64,000 nt of DNA from assembly GCA_000991405.1 (NCBI GenBank), contig LBRL01000001.1, forward strand, positions 379,200 to 443,199, read 5' to 3'. A model generated the notes under the pieces. The model did not search any database, was not told where the DNA came from, and was given only the letters and a program-made list of their open reading frames with translations. Origin of the DNA: Candidatus Nomurabacteria bacterium GW2011_GWD2_36_14. Lineage in GTDB: Bacteria; Patescibacteriota; Minisyncoccia; Phycocordibacterales; UBA9973. Shown here piece by piece: positions 47,911 through 57,034 of the stretch (the stretch's first letter is position 1; every line of letters starts with the position of its first letter). The position numbers and the translations under genes were made by a program.

Positions 47911-48798
47911 TCACATTTTCGCTTCTGCCTCAATAAATTCATCTATCATGCCACTTTCAAGCACGGCGTCAACATCACGTACTTCTACCTCCGTCCTATG
48001 ATCCTTGACCATCTTGTAAGGATGAAGCACGTATGAGCGAATCTGGCTTCCCCATTCTATGTCGGTCGTTTTTGAAATTGAAAGTCCTGCCTTTTCTCGC
48101 TCTGCGTCAACTTCCCTTTTCCGGAAAAGCTTACCTTTGAGCATTTCTATGGCCTTCTCTCTGTTCTGTTCTTGCGAACGCTCTGTCGATACAGCCACTG
48201 ATATGTTCGTGGGTAGGTGCACTACTCGTACGGCCGTCTCGCGCTTGTTTACATTCTGACCTCCGGGACCACCTGACTTTGAGAATTCGATTCTCACCTC
48301 TTCGGGAGGAATTATGATAGCGTCATTGTTCTTCTCTAACTTTGGAATAACTTCTACAAGAGAAAAGGAGGTGTGACGAAGCCCCTTGGCATTGAATGGC
48401 GAGGTACGGACAAGTCGGTGAACGCCAGATTCGTTCTTGAGTGTGCCATAAGCCCCCTTGCCTGTGATTTCGATAGATACATTCCTGTACCCCCCCAGTT
48501 CATTCTTGTTCTCATGTATAAGAGTAGCTTGCCAGCCCTTACTTTCTATATATTTTAAATACATACGAAGAAGCATAGCAGAGAAGTCCTCAGCATCGTC
48601 CCCTCCTGCACCCGAAAGAATAGAGAGAATGGCATTGCCCTTGTCATACTTGAGAGAACCTAGGAGTTCATCCTTGAGCTCTCCAATTCTTTTTATAATA
48701 GCTTGGGCCTTGACCTTATCCTCCCAGAAATTCCCTTGGGACATCTGCGATTCCAAGTCTTTTAACTCTTTCTTTATTTCTTCTGTATCCATTGCCAT
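47911..48798 (-). CDS. prfB: Peptide chain release factor 2 (short form, no frameshift seen)
   Basis: SPF recognition motif, GGQ, WGSQIRSYVLHPY. Confidence 0.93.
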   Translation of the reverse strand: MAMDTEEIKKELKDLESQMSQGNFWEDKVKAQAIIKRIGELKDELLGSLKYDKGNAILSILSGAGGDDAEDFSAMLLRMYLKYIESKGWQATLIHENKNELGGYRNVSIEITGKGAYGTLKNESGVHRLVRTSPFNAKGLRHTSFSLVEVIPKLEKNNDAIIIPPEEVRIEFSKSGGPGGQNVNKRETAVRVVHLPTNISVAVSTERSQEQNREKAIEMLKGKLFRKREVDAEREKAGLSISKTTDIEWGSQIRSYVLHPYKMVKDHRTEVEVRDVDAVLESGMIDEFIEAEAKM

Positions 48799-48833
48799 CC
48801 TCCCATCATACCAAAATATAAAATTTTTAGAAA

Positions 48834-49742
48834 TTAATGAATTTTTGTGCCGAGGTTGTCGAAGTTGATGAAGGAGCGGATGGTAACTTCTATATTCTGG
48901 TCCAAGCTTGAGATTGAGTCTGGGCGAACAACGAAGGAATTGTTCTTCTCTGTGTTGGCAATGTATTCCTTGCGGGTCATTGCGTTTATTAGTTTGGCTT
49001 CAGGGTTCTTCACTGGGTTCTCTTCGTAGACTCCATCAACGTCCTTCCAGAAAGTTAGCAAAACTTTCTCATTCGTCTTCACTAGAGAGCTTGCAAACTT
49101 CCCTGCGGAGTAGTCACTACCATCAAACCCGACAACAGTATTCACCCCACTACTATCGCGCCCTATGAATCCCTGACTTATGAGGATGTCACTACCTGAA
49201 AAAAATCCTTGGAAGCCCTCTTTGATACTTAGTATCTCTGCTTCTTTGGTATTGCTATCGGTCACGACATACTCACGTGCATCGAACCATTTATTGCTAA
49301 GTCCTATATGATTGGCATAACTACTAAGTATTTGAGAGCTAGCAAGCTCGCCGAACTGTAAGACTGTCGCATAGAATTCATCTTTACTTTCTTCACTACT
49401 ATAACTACTAATAACTTTCTCTAAGGTATTATAAAGACTTTCGAAATTACCTATAACTCCCTCTCGCTTTTCATCGGGGAATAATTCAAAAATAAATTCC
49501 ATATGAGCTCTCTTAAACTCATTCATACAAAGCGTGGTCATGAGCTTCTTCAACTCTTCATCTATCTTCACTTCTGTCTTAATAATATAAATCAGACGAA
49601 GTAGCCTAGTGATACCATTCATAGCTGAAATGACAAAAAGCGTCTTGTGGCTCTTGAGAGAGTCCTCTTCTTGCTTGAAGAAAGATTTAACAATGTTTGT
49701 TACGAAGAACTTTCCGCCACATTTATATACTTGAGTTTGCAT
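48834..49742 (-). CDS. lysC: Aspartate kinase, catalytic domain only
   Basis: YKCGG, VISAM.GIT, GELAS, QGFIG, GSDYSA, WKDVDG; no ACT domains. Confidence 0.85.
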   Translation of the reverse strand: MQTQVYKCGGKFFVTNIVKSFFKQEEDSLKSHKTLFVISAMNGITRLLRLIYIIKTEVKIDEELKKLMTTLCMNEFKRAHMEFIFELFPDEKREGVIGNFESLYNTLEKVISSYSSEESKDEFYATVLQFGELASSQILSSYANHIGLSNKWFDAREYVVTDSNTKEAEILSIKEGFQGFFSGSDILISQGFIGRDSSGVNTVVGFDGSDYSAGKFASSLVKTNEKVLLTFWKDVDGVYEENPVKNPEAKLINAMTRKEYIANTEKNNSFVVRPDSISSLDQNIEVTIRSFINFDNLGTKIH

Positions 49743-49743
49743 A

Positions 49744-50766
49744 CTAAGAATAATTCTTCTCGTTATAGACACCTAGTAATTTACCTAAGATGGCGACAGC
49801 ATTGTAAGCAGCACCGACTCGCAGATTATCCGAAGCTATGAAGAATTCGAAACACTTAGGATTATTCACATCTTGGCGGAAGCTTCTGACTATTACATAG
49901 TCCTTGCCGATCGTATCATAAGGACCAAGAGGCTCTTCGGAGTACTTTATCTGAGGAGCATTCTTCAGTATATCTATAAGCTTTTCTTCACTCTGTTCTT
50001 CCTTAAAGAAGACTCTCATCATGGCACTGTGCCCCCTAGGTACTGGCACACGATTGGACTGCGCAGAAATCTTTATGGACTTGCCTAAAATCTTTGGAAC
50101 TTCAAACATCATCTTGGCTTCTTCGTCGTTGTATTTAGGAACTGTCGCACTCATAGAAGTAGCAGGAATAATGTTGCCAGCAATATTGGAAACGAAGGTA
50201 GAAATAGAAGCTTTGGCTCCGTCATTATTCTTGAGCTCTTCTTCTAAAGCTTTGGTACCTTTGTATCCAGCTCCCGAGACAGATTGCATAGCACTTACTA
50301 GAATCATATCTGCTCCTAAGTCTACAAATGGAGCAATGGCGATAGCGATCATGATGGCAACGCAGTTTGGATTGGCAATAATGCCAGAAGTCATACTCTC
50401 GTCTAAAGATGGATTGGGAATACTTGGAACGATTAGAGGTATTTCTGGTAATGTCCTCCATGCAGAAGAATTATCTATAACTATGGCTCCACTTTCTACA
50501 AACTTTGGGGCAACTTCTTTTGAAAGAGTCGCTCCTGCTGACATGATCACATAGTCTGGCTTCTTGCTTATAGCTTCCTCTACCGACATAACCCTTACGT
50601 CTTTACCCATGAAAGGAATTACCTTGCCGACAGACTTGTCTGAAGCCACAAAAAGAAGATTATTAGTATTGATATGCGGAACAATCTTTTCTGAAGCCAA
50701 TATTTCAAGAACAACACCTCCCACTAGACCTGTCACACCTACGATTGCTAATTTCTTGTTTTCCAT
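49744..50766 (-). CDS. asd: Aspartate-semialdehyde dehydrogenase
   Basis: GVTGLVG, IDNSSAWR, ANPNC, QSVSGAG, DNLRVGAA.NAV. Confidence 0.95.
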   Translation of the reverse strand: MENKKLAIVGVTGLVGGVVLEILASEKIVPHINTNNLLFVASDKSVGKVIPFMGKDVRVMSVEEAISKKPDYVIMSAGATLSKEVAPKFVESGAIVIDNSSAWRTLPEIPLIVPSIPNPSLDESMTSGIIANPNCVAIMIAIAIAPFVDLGADMILVSAMQSVSGAGYKGTKALEEELKNNDGAKASISTFVSNIAGNIIPATSMSATVPKYNDEEAKMMFEVPKILGKSIKISAQSNRVPVPRGHSAMMRVFFKEEQSEEKLIDILKNAPQIKYSEEPLGPYDTIGKDYVIVRSFRQDVNNPKCFEFFIASDNLRVGAAYNAVAILGKLLGVYNEKNYS

Positions 50767-50910
50767 ATAAATTCATTTTATCAAAGTTGGTAATTTTCCA
50801 CAAATGGACAAAATTTCAATTTGTTTTAGAAAATAAGGGCTTTTTGCTATATGGCTTCATTTTTGATAGAATTTATATATTAGAAACTATTTAACTTTTT
50901 ACAAATTATT

Positions 50911-51648
50911 ATGAATATCGCTATCATCGGTTTTGGTTCTATGGGAAAGTCTCTAAAGGAAATCGCGGAGAGCCGTGGGCATAAAGTTGATATCATAATT
51001 GATAGAGTTGACCCAAAAGCTACTCATACAAATCTGACCGATGCACCACTTGAAAATGTAGACATAGTAATAGACTTCTCCTCCGCTAACTCTGTAGTGG
51101 AGAATGCTAAGGTAGTAGCCCTCGCAAAGAAAAGTCTGGTCATAGGCACGACTGGCTGGTATGCACAAATGCCCGAGATTGAGAAAATTGCCAAAGAAAA
51201 TGACACTGGAATAATGTGGTCAGCCAACTTCTCTATTGGTGTAAATATGTACTATCAGATAATAGCCAAAGCAGGAGAACTTATAAACAAGTACGATGAG
51301 TACGATATATGGGGGACAGAACTTCACCACAACAACAAAGCCGACTCCCCTTCAGGCACCGCAAAAGAAATAGCCAAAATTCTCTTGGAAAAAATTGATA
51401 GGAAAGATGAAATAATCTACGACAAACTAGACAGGAAAATAAATCCAAATGAGATTCACTTCTCTTCTACTCGTGGTGGACCTGTAAACTTTAGTCACAC
51501 TATAGGGTTCGACTCTGTGTCTGACACTATTACTCTTACACATAGTGCTAGAGACAGAGGTGGCTATGCACTAGGAGCGATAAAGGCTACAGAGTGGCTA
51601 GCAAATAAAAAAGGTCTATTTAATATGAATGATTTTTTAAATAATTAA
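50911..51648 (+). CDS. dapB: 4-hydroxy-tetrahydrodipicolinate reductase
   Basis: GFGSMG, IDFS, GTTG, ANFSIG, ELHHNNKADSPSGTA. Confidence 0.96.
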   Translation: MNIAIIGFGSMGKSLKEIAESRGHKVDIIIDRVDPKATHTNLTDAPLENVDIVIDFSSANSVVENAKVVALAKKSLVIGTTGWYAQMPEIEKIAKENDTGIMWSANFSIGVNMYYQIIAKAGELINKYDEYDIWGTELHHNNKADSPSGTAKEIAKILLEKIDRKDEIIYDKLDRKINPNEIHFSSTRGGPVNFSHTIGFDSVSDTITLTHSARDRGGYALGAIKATEWLANKKGLFNMNDFLNN

Positions 51649-51649
51649 T

Positions 51650-52540
51650 ATGAATAAATACAAAGGTGTGTGGACAGCAATGATAACCCCCTTCAACGAA
51701 GATGGAAGTATAGACTGGAGATCTTTCGACAATCTTGTAGAAAGACAAGTGGAAGCGAAAGTAACAGGAATCATAATCAATGGCACAACAGGAGAATCTC
51801 CTACTATAACCGACGAAGAGTGTATAGATCTGATAAAGAGAGCTAAAGAAAAAGTAGCGGATAAATGCCTGATAATGGCAGGGACTGGCACGAACAATAC
51901 AAAGAAGTCAGTAGAGAAGACAAAGTCCGCAGAAGAAGCTGGAGCAGACATAGTACTACTAGTGAATCCTTACTACAACAAGCCAACACAAAATGGACTC
52001 TATCTTCACTTTAAAGCAATAGCAGAATCCACAAGTCTTCCGGTATTCTTATACAACATCAAAGGGCGCACAGGGGTAAACTTGGAAACTGATACTCTTA
52101 AAAAATTAGCAAATGAAGTCAAGAATATTGTAGGAGTGAAGGAAGCCTCTGGAGACTTGAACCAGATCAAAGCCGTCTGTGAATTAGGATTGGAAGACTT
52201 CGTGATCCTCTCTGGTGATGACAATATCACACTTGAGATTATCAAAAGTTACGGAGCCGATGGGGTCATATCCGTCGCTTCAAACATAGTACCATCCGAT
52301 ATGGTAAGTATGGTGGGTAGTGCTCTAAAGAAAGATTATACAAAAGCTGAAGAAGTAAATACAAAGCTAGCCGACTTATTCAAAATACTTTTTATAGAGA
52401 CGAATCCAATACCAGTAAAGTATGCATCTTATAAAATGGGACTATGTCAAAACATTTACAGACTTCCAATGTGTAAAATCGGAGAAGAAAATGGAAAGCA
52501 AGTAGAAGCAGTACTTGAACAAATGAATATTATAAAATAA
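51650..52540 (+). CDS. dapA: 4-hydroxy-tetrahydrodipicolinate synthase
   Basis: GTTGES, PYYNKP, LYN, GVKEASG, ETNPIPVK. Confidence 0.97.
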   Translation: MNKYKGVWTAMITPFNEDGSIDWRSFDNLVERQVEAKVTGIIINGTTGESPTITDEECIDLIKRAKEKVADKCLIMAGTGTNNTKKSVEKTKSAEEAGADIVLLVNPYYNKPTQNGLYLHFKAIAESTSLPVFLYNIKGRTGVNLETDTLKKLANEVKNIVGVKEASGDLNQIKAVCELGLEDFVILSGDDNITLEIIKSYGADGVISVASNIVPSDMVSMVGSALKKDYTKAEEVNTKLADLFKILFIETNPIPVKYASYKMGLCQNIYRLPMCKIGEENGKQVEAVLEQMNIIK

Positions 52541-52568
52541 GTTGTTACACTTTAAATTCAAATAAAAT

Positions 52569-53750
52569 ATGGAAATAACAGGCTCAGATAAATTAAATAA
52601 AATCGGAGGCTATGCCTTTGATGAAGTCAACAAAATAGTAGCCAAGTTGAAAGAGGAAGGCGTAACTCCTATAGACTTTGGTGTGGGAGACCCCAGTGCT
52701 CCTACTCCCGAATTTGTGAGAAATGCTGTGAAAGAAGCCTTGGGTACTTATTCGAAAGCTGGCTACCCAAGCTATGTAGGACAGAAAGAATATAGGCAAG
52801 CCGTATCCAAATGGATGGAGAAAAGATTTGGAATAGAAATAAATAGTGAGACTGAAATTTGTTCAACAATCGGCTCAAAAGAAGCAGTGTTTCACTTTCC
52901 TCAAGCTTTTATAAACGATGGCGACATTGTAATACTCCCAAATCCCGGCTACCCCCCTATGAAAACTGGAACAATATTTGCAGGAGGAATACCTTACTTT
53001 GTTTCTTTGAAAGAAGAAAATAATTTCTTACTAGATTATAAGTCCATACCCGAAAACATAGCAGAAAAAGCAAAAATAATTTGGATCAATTATCCAAACT
53101 CCCCTACAGGCGTCTGTGCTAATCGAGAATACTATGAAGGCTTAATCAACTGGGCCCACAAGCACGACATAATAATAGCAGCTGACGAGGGGTGCTATAT
53201 AGATATTTATTTTGAAGAAAAACCAATCTCAATACTTGAAGTTGCAAGAGAAGGTGTTATAACTTTCTATTCTTTGAGCAAGAGAAACAATATGACAGGA
53301 TATAGGGTCGGATGGGTAGCAGGAGATGAAAGAATAGTAGAGAAATTTAAAAAGTTGAAAACAAATATAGACTCGGGAACGGCAGACTTTATCCAAGCTG
53401 GAGCTATCTCTGCACTCGAAGATGAAACGCATGCGAAGGAGATGAGAAACGAATATAAAGAAAAGAGAGAGGTAATGCTAGAAGCCTTCAAGCAAGTGGG
53501 TTGGACAGATTGTAAAAGTGAGGCAACTTTCTACTTGTGGCTTAAAACTCCTAAGGGTTTGAAGAGCGTAGAATTTGCTAAACAACTTTTGAGTAAAGAA
53601 GTGGCCGTAGTAGTCACTCCCGGAGCATGGATATCCGACGTAGATAAAGATGGATTTAACCCGGGAGAGAATTATGTCCGATTTGCATTAGTACCTCCTC
53701 TTCTGAAAGTCAAAGAAGCGGTAGAACGAATTAAAAAATTCTATAAATAA
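52569..53750 (+). CDS. dapL: PLP aminotransferase class I/II, probable LL-diaminopimelate aminotransferase
   Basis: GVGDP, GSKEA, NYPNSPTG, SLSK..NMTGYRVG; follows dapBA, no dapD/dapE nearby. Confidence 0.7.
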   Translation: MEITGSDKLNKIGGYAFDEVNKIVAKLKEEGVTPIDFGVGDPSAPTPEFVRNAVKEALGTYSKAGYPSYVGQKEYRQAVSKWMEKRFGIEINSETEICSTIGSKEAVFHFPQAFINDGDIVILPNPGYPPMKTGTIFAGGIPYFVSLKEENNFLLDYKSIPENIAEKAKIIWINYPNSPTGVCANREYYEGLINWAHKHDIIIAADEGCYIDIYFEEKPISILEVAREGVITFYSLSKRNNMTGYRVGWVAGDERIVEKFKKLKTNIDSGTADFIQAGAISALEDETHAKEMRNEYKEKREVMLEAFKQVGWTDCKSEATFYLWLKTPKGLKSVEFAKQLLSKEVAVVVTPGAWISDVDKDGFNPGENYVRFALVPPLLKVKEAVERIKKFYK

Positions 53751-53838
53751 ATTGAGTCCTTAAGGACCGTCTACAGGTGTCCATCAATACTGATGGACCT
53801 GCGTTTTTAACAATCCGAGTACAGCTTAAAAAAATGGG

Positions 53839-53911
53839 AGCCATCCCCGAGACTCGAACTCGGCACCTATTCATTACGAATGAATTGCTCTACCAGATGA
53901 GCTAGGATGGC
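53839..53911 (-). tRNA. tRNA-Thr(CGT)
   Basis: GCCATCC/GGATGGC acceptor; ATTCA-TTCGTAA-TGAAT. Confidence 0.95.
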
Positions 53912-53963
53912 TTACAACTGAGTACTTTAACGAGAAAAATCCATGATGTTGATTCTAGCTCAT

Positions 53964-54146
53964 CTATATACATTTTTTAATCAAATCCAAACATTCTTCA
54001 TAAGCATCTGCTTTACCACCAATAAATTCATTCAATCCATATTCTTCAATATTCTCACTTTCCCATAAGTCCTCCTTCCAATCATCCCTATAATTTTTTG
54101 CTAATGCTGTTATTTCTTTTTCTAATAATTGTAATTTTGTATTCAT
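53964..54146 (-). CDS. Small acidic hypothetical protein
   Basis: 60 aa ORF co-oriented downstream of the DpnI-like gene. Confidence 0.55.
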   Translation of the reverse strand: MNTKLQLLEKEITALAKNYRDDWKEDLWESENIEEYGLNEFIGGKADAYEECLDLIKKCI

Positions 54147-54183
54147 ATACTATAATCTTTGATCAAATAAAATATAAAGTCAA

Positions 54184-54951
54184 CTACTTAAGTCGGTATT
54201 TTCCAGCCTCAATAAACTCAATATAATTTTTATCTCTTAAAAATTGTAACTGCTGTCTTATTTTAGGCTTTATATTTTTATTTTCAGGATGTATAACAGC
54301 CAAATCTTTTTCAAAATCATATACATCTTGTAGTATAAACTCTTTCTTATTTAAAGCATCAATGCAGTTCATAATATCTAAAATCCAACCTTTGGCATTT
54401 GATTTTTTAACCTGTTTTAGAAATACTGTTTTCTGCCATTTTTCCAATACATCTTTTTTGTCAACCTCTTTTCCATTTTCAATATAAAAAATTTGCCCTG
54501 CTTTTGGAATTTTTGAGAATAGTATATTTGAACCAACCCAGCCAGCTCGTCTAGCACTTTCTGCGAGTGGTTTTCGCTCTTCTATAATTTCGGATACAAA
54601 AAAGTGTTTTGGAATAACAAAAAAATCATTCACATCCCACATCTTGACCATATAACCCATAAAAAAGAAATTCGGTTTTTGGAGTGAATTGATTCTCTTT
54701 ACCATTTGAGAATAAGCACCCGCAGAAACTTTTTTACCGATTCTCCCCTTTTTAGATTTCAACTCAAAATCTTCCGAGCATTTTTTACAATAAAAATCTG
54801 CGACTGGCTTATTATTAACATAATCATAAATACTATTACCACAACTCGGGCAATATATTTCTCTCAATACCCAATCTTCAGTCAGTACTCGTGCTTTTTG
54901 AGAATAGCTTGTGTACTTATCAGCTATTTTCGTCTTAAAAGTTAGGTTCAT
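54184..54951 (-). CDS. DpnI-family (Dam-replacing) methyl-directed restriction endonuclease
   Basis: SQKARVLTE.W, CPSCG, NNKPVADF.C..C...FELKS, RRAGWVG, wHTH KIRQQLQ.LRD. Confidence 0.92.
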   Translation of the reverse strand: MNLTFKTKIADKYTSYSQKARVLTEDWVLREIYCPSCGNSIYDYVNNKPVADFYCKKCSEDFELKSKKGRIGKKVSAGAYSQMVKRINSLQKPNFFFMGYMVKMWDVNDFFVIPKHFFVSEIIEERKPLAESARRAGWVGSNILFSKIPKAGQIFYIENGKEVDKKDVLEKWQKTVFLKQVKKSNAKGWILDIMNCIDALNKKEFILQDVYDFEKDLAVIHPENKNIKPKIRQQLQFLRDKNYIEFIEAGKYRLK

Positions 54952-54954
54952 ACA

Positions 54955-55797
54955 TTATTTTCCAAGCTTATCTACCTTTTTCAAGCCTTTCTTTTCATCA
55001 GATTTTAATTTTCTTTCAATTTTCTTGATATCTTCTTCTTTTGGTAACCGTTCTGGAATAATTCCACGACCAATGAGTGTTTTTCTCACGCTACGATTAT
55101 TTGTAATGTGTTCCTCTGAAATAGCTTGTTCTGTTTTTAAATTTTTGCTCTTTGAATTGAAAATAGTAATCTCTGTTGCGAAATCTTTTGCTTTCAAAAT
55201 AATTGTTGGCTGGAAATCAGCAAGTGCTCGACTTTCTGGAACACCAAGTCGCTTTTTCATTTCTCCTGTCGTAAATCCAAACAAGGCTTTATCTCCCTTA
55301 CTTCTAATCAACCCAAAATTCTTGTCGCTACCAGTCTGCTGATAAATAACACCCGATAATTCTTTTTCAGTTTCTGTTAATTTTTGTCTAGCAGTAACTC
55401 GTTCAAATTCTTGTATTCGTTTTTCGATAATTTCAAACTTTCTTGTTTGCACTGCAAAATAATTTTGAGCAAATGCAATTTCTTCTTTGCGTGGGTCACC
55501 ATTTTGAGCTATCAAGTAAGAAGCATACCTAGTAAACATTATGTCCACGATTTCTCGCTCGCTTCCTGAACCAAGTTTAACCATTTTCCCGACATCGGCA
55601 AAATGGTCAGAAACTACTTGTTTGTTATTTTCACAAGCTATTTTTGCCTTTGATATAACTTTTATAAAATTATCCCACTTATCATATCCTAAAAGCTTTT
55701 GTAAATCACGTGCAAGCCAAAACTCAATACCCTCGTCAGTCTTATGTGAATTTGATTCAAAATTACTTATATGTGATTTTATAATTTCTATCTTCAT
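54955..55797 (-). CDS. dinD: DNA damage-inducible protein D (BRO-N family)
   Basis: EFWLARDLQ..LGY..W.NF, RYA.YLIAQNGDPRKEEIAFAQNYFA; ATG 55797 (the longer ORF runs into a tRNA). Confidence 0.9.
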   Translation of the reverse strand: MKIEIIKSHISNFESNSHKTDEGIEFWLARDLQKLLGYDKWDNFIKVISKAKIACENNKQVVSDHFADVGKMVKLGSGSEREIVDIMFTRYASYLIAQNGDPRKEEIAFAQNYFAVQTRKFEIIEKRIQEFERVTARQKLTETEKELSGVIYQQTGSDKNFGLIRSKGDKALFGFTTGEMKKRLGVPESRALADFQPTIILKAKDFATEITIFNSKSKNLKTEQAISEEHITNNRSVRKTLIGRGIIPERLPKEEDIKKIERKLKSDEKKGLKKVDKLGK

Positions 55798-55856
55798 ATA
55801 TAAATATATCTTAACATAATTTAAATATTTTACCCAAAATGATTTGGGTTTGATTG

Positions 55857-55931
55857 TGGAGCCGTCGGTGGGAATCGGACCCACGGTCTCTGTCTTACCA
55901 AGACAGTGCTTTACCACTAAGCTACGACGGC
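55857..55931 (-). tRNA. tRNA-Thr(GGT)
   Basis: GCCGTCG/CGACGGC acceptor plus TCCA; CTGTC-TTGGTAA-GACAG. Confidence 0.93.
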
Positions 55932-56036
55932 TAAAACTGGCTTAATTCATACTACTATATATAACCCATATTTTCAATTTGCATAATCTGTGTTTTTAAG
56001 TATAATAGTCAAGTATAAGAAATATCTTATTAATAT

Positions 56037-56107
56037 AGCGGGATAGAGAAATGGTATCTCGTAAGGCTCATAACCTTAAGACGGTCGTTCGATTCGACCT
56101 CCCGCAA
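56037..56107 (+). tRNA. Initiator tRNA-fMet(CAT)
   Basis: A1/A72 mismatch, A11-U24 pair, TAAGG-CTCATAA-CCTTA. Confidence 0.88.
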
Positions 56108-56181
56108 CAATTCGGTAAGTGACATACCACAAAATATGTCCATGAACCCGAAGAAGAATCTGGGTGATTATTTTGTATTAT

Positions 56182-56255
56182 GTCGATGTAGCTCAGCTGG
56201 TTAGAGCGTGGGACTCATAAGCCCAAGGTCGGAGGTTCGAGCCCTCCCATCGACA
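56182..56255 (+). tRNA. tRNA with CAT anticodon (elongator Met or Ile2)
   Basis: GTCGATG/CATCGAC acceptor; CTCATAA loop; GTTCGAG. Confidence 0.9.
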
Positions 56256-56300
56256 CAATAAAATGGAATTATTTTCTATTTTATGTTATGTTTTAAAAAT

Positions 56301-56374
56301 GCAGTCGTAGCTCAACTGGTTAGAGCACCCGCCTGTCACGTGGGAGGTTGAGGGTTCAAGTCCCTTCGACTGCG
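56301..56374 (+). tRNA. tRNA-Asp(GTC)
   Basis: GCAGTCG/CGACTGC acceptor, G73, CTGTCAC loop. Confidence 0.95.
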
Positions 56375-56377
56375 CAT

Positions 56378-56409
56378 ATAGAAAAAGCCTCGAAAGAGGC
56401 TTTTTCTAT
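56378..56409. terminator. Bidirectional terminator
   Basis: atagaaaaagcctc-gaaa-gaggctttttctat. Confidence 0.85.
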
Positions 56410-57024
56410 TTAAATAACTCCCAGTCCTTCAAATACGTTTTGATACAGCTTTACGATTCGTCGCCCTTCGACTTGGGTCAAAGGATAGTCTAGGCCTTCG
56501 TGGGCAATCTTGTTGCGGATTAAGTGTCCGTCCCATGCATTCTGAATACTTGGATAGCCATTCAACTTTGCCTCTTCTAAAAGCTCCGACATTGTAGTCC
56601 CTACCAAGCCACGCTCTTTGAAAGTCTCTTCAAGTAGTGAGTCGGCTTCCATAATAGCCACTCGCCAGTCGGACTCATTGGGACTCTCTATCAAGGTTAA
56701 AATATACTTCCAACGTGGATTGAGAGTTCTGTCTCTTTCTTTGTCTTTCGCTAGGGCATGATTGATCTCATGCTCTATCTCTTCACGATCGAAAACTTGG
56801 ATTTCATACAAACGTACAAGAGAGAATATTATTATAATAAGAGCAAGTATAGAAATAGATACGGAAATCATACCAATAATCTCCCACGTATGAGCATTAG
56901 TAATGAAAACATAAGTTGACTGCAAGGAATTGGCCAGCTTGTCGAAAACATACTCTATGTTCAAATAGGTCGGATCAAAGAGAGGCTTTTGTACGATAGT
57001 ATTTATGGGAGCTGTCGGTTGCAT
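56410..57024 (-). CDS. Conserved hypothetical membrane protein
   Basis: One TM; WR.AIMEAD..L...G..G.TM.E.L...AW..H..RNKIAH. Confidence 0.7.
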   Translation of the reverse strand: MQPTAPINTIVQKPLFDPTYLNIEYVFDKLANSLQSTYVFITNAHTWEIIGMISVSISILALIIIIFSLVRLYEIQVFDREEIEHEINHALAKDKERDRTLNPRWKYILTLIESPNESDWRVAIMEADSLLEETFKERGLVGTTMSELLEEAKLNGYPSIQNAWDGHLIRNKIAHEGLDYPLTQVEGRRIVKLYQNVFEGLGVI

Positions 57025-57034
57025 ACTTTTATCA

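Noticed and set aside
53757-53808. Two small hairpins after the aminotransferase as an ncRNA
   Set aside because: Adequately explained as a terminator between convergent transcripts
55798-55917. N-terminal extension of DinD
   Set aside because: It runs through tRNA-Thr(GGT); ATG 55797 is the plausible start
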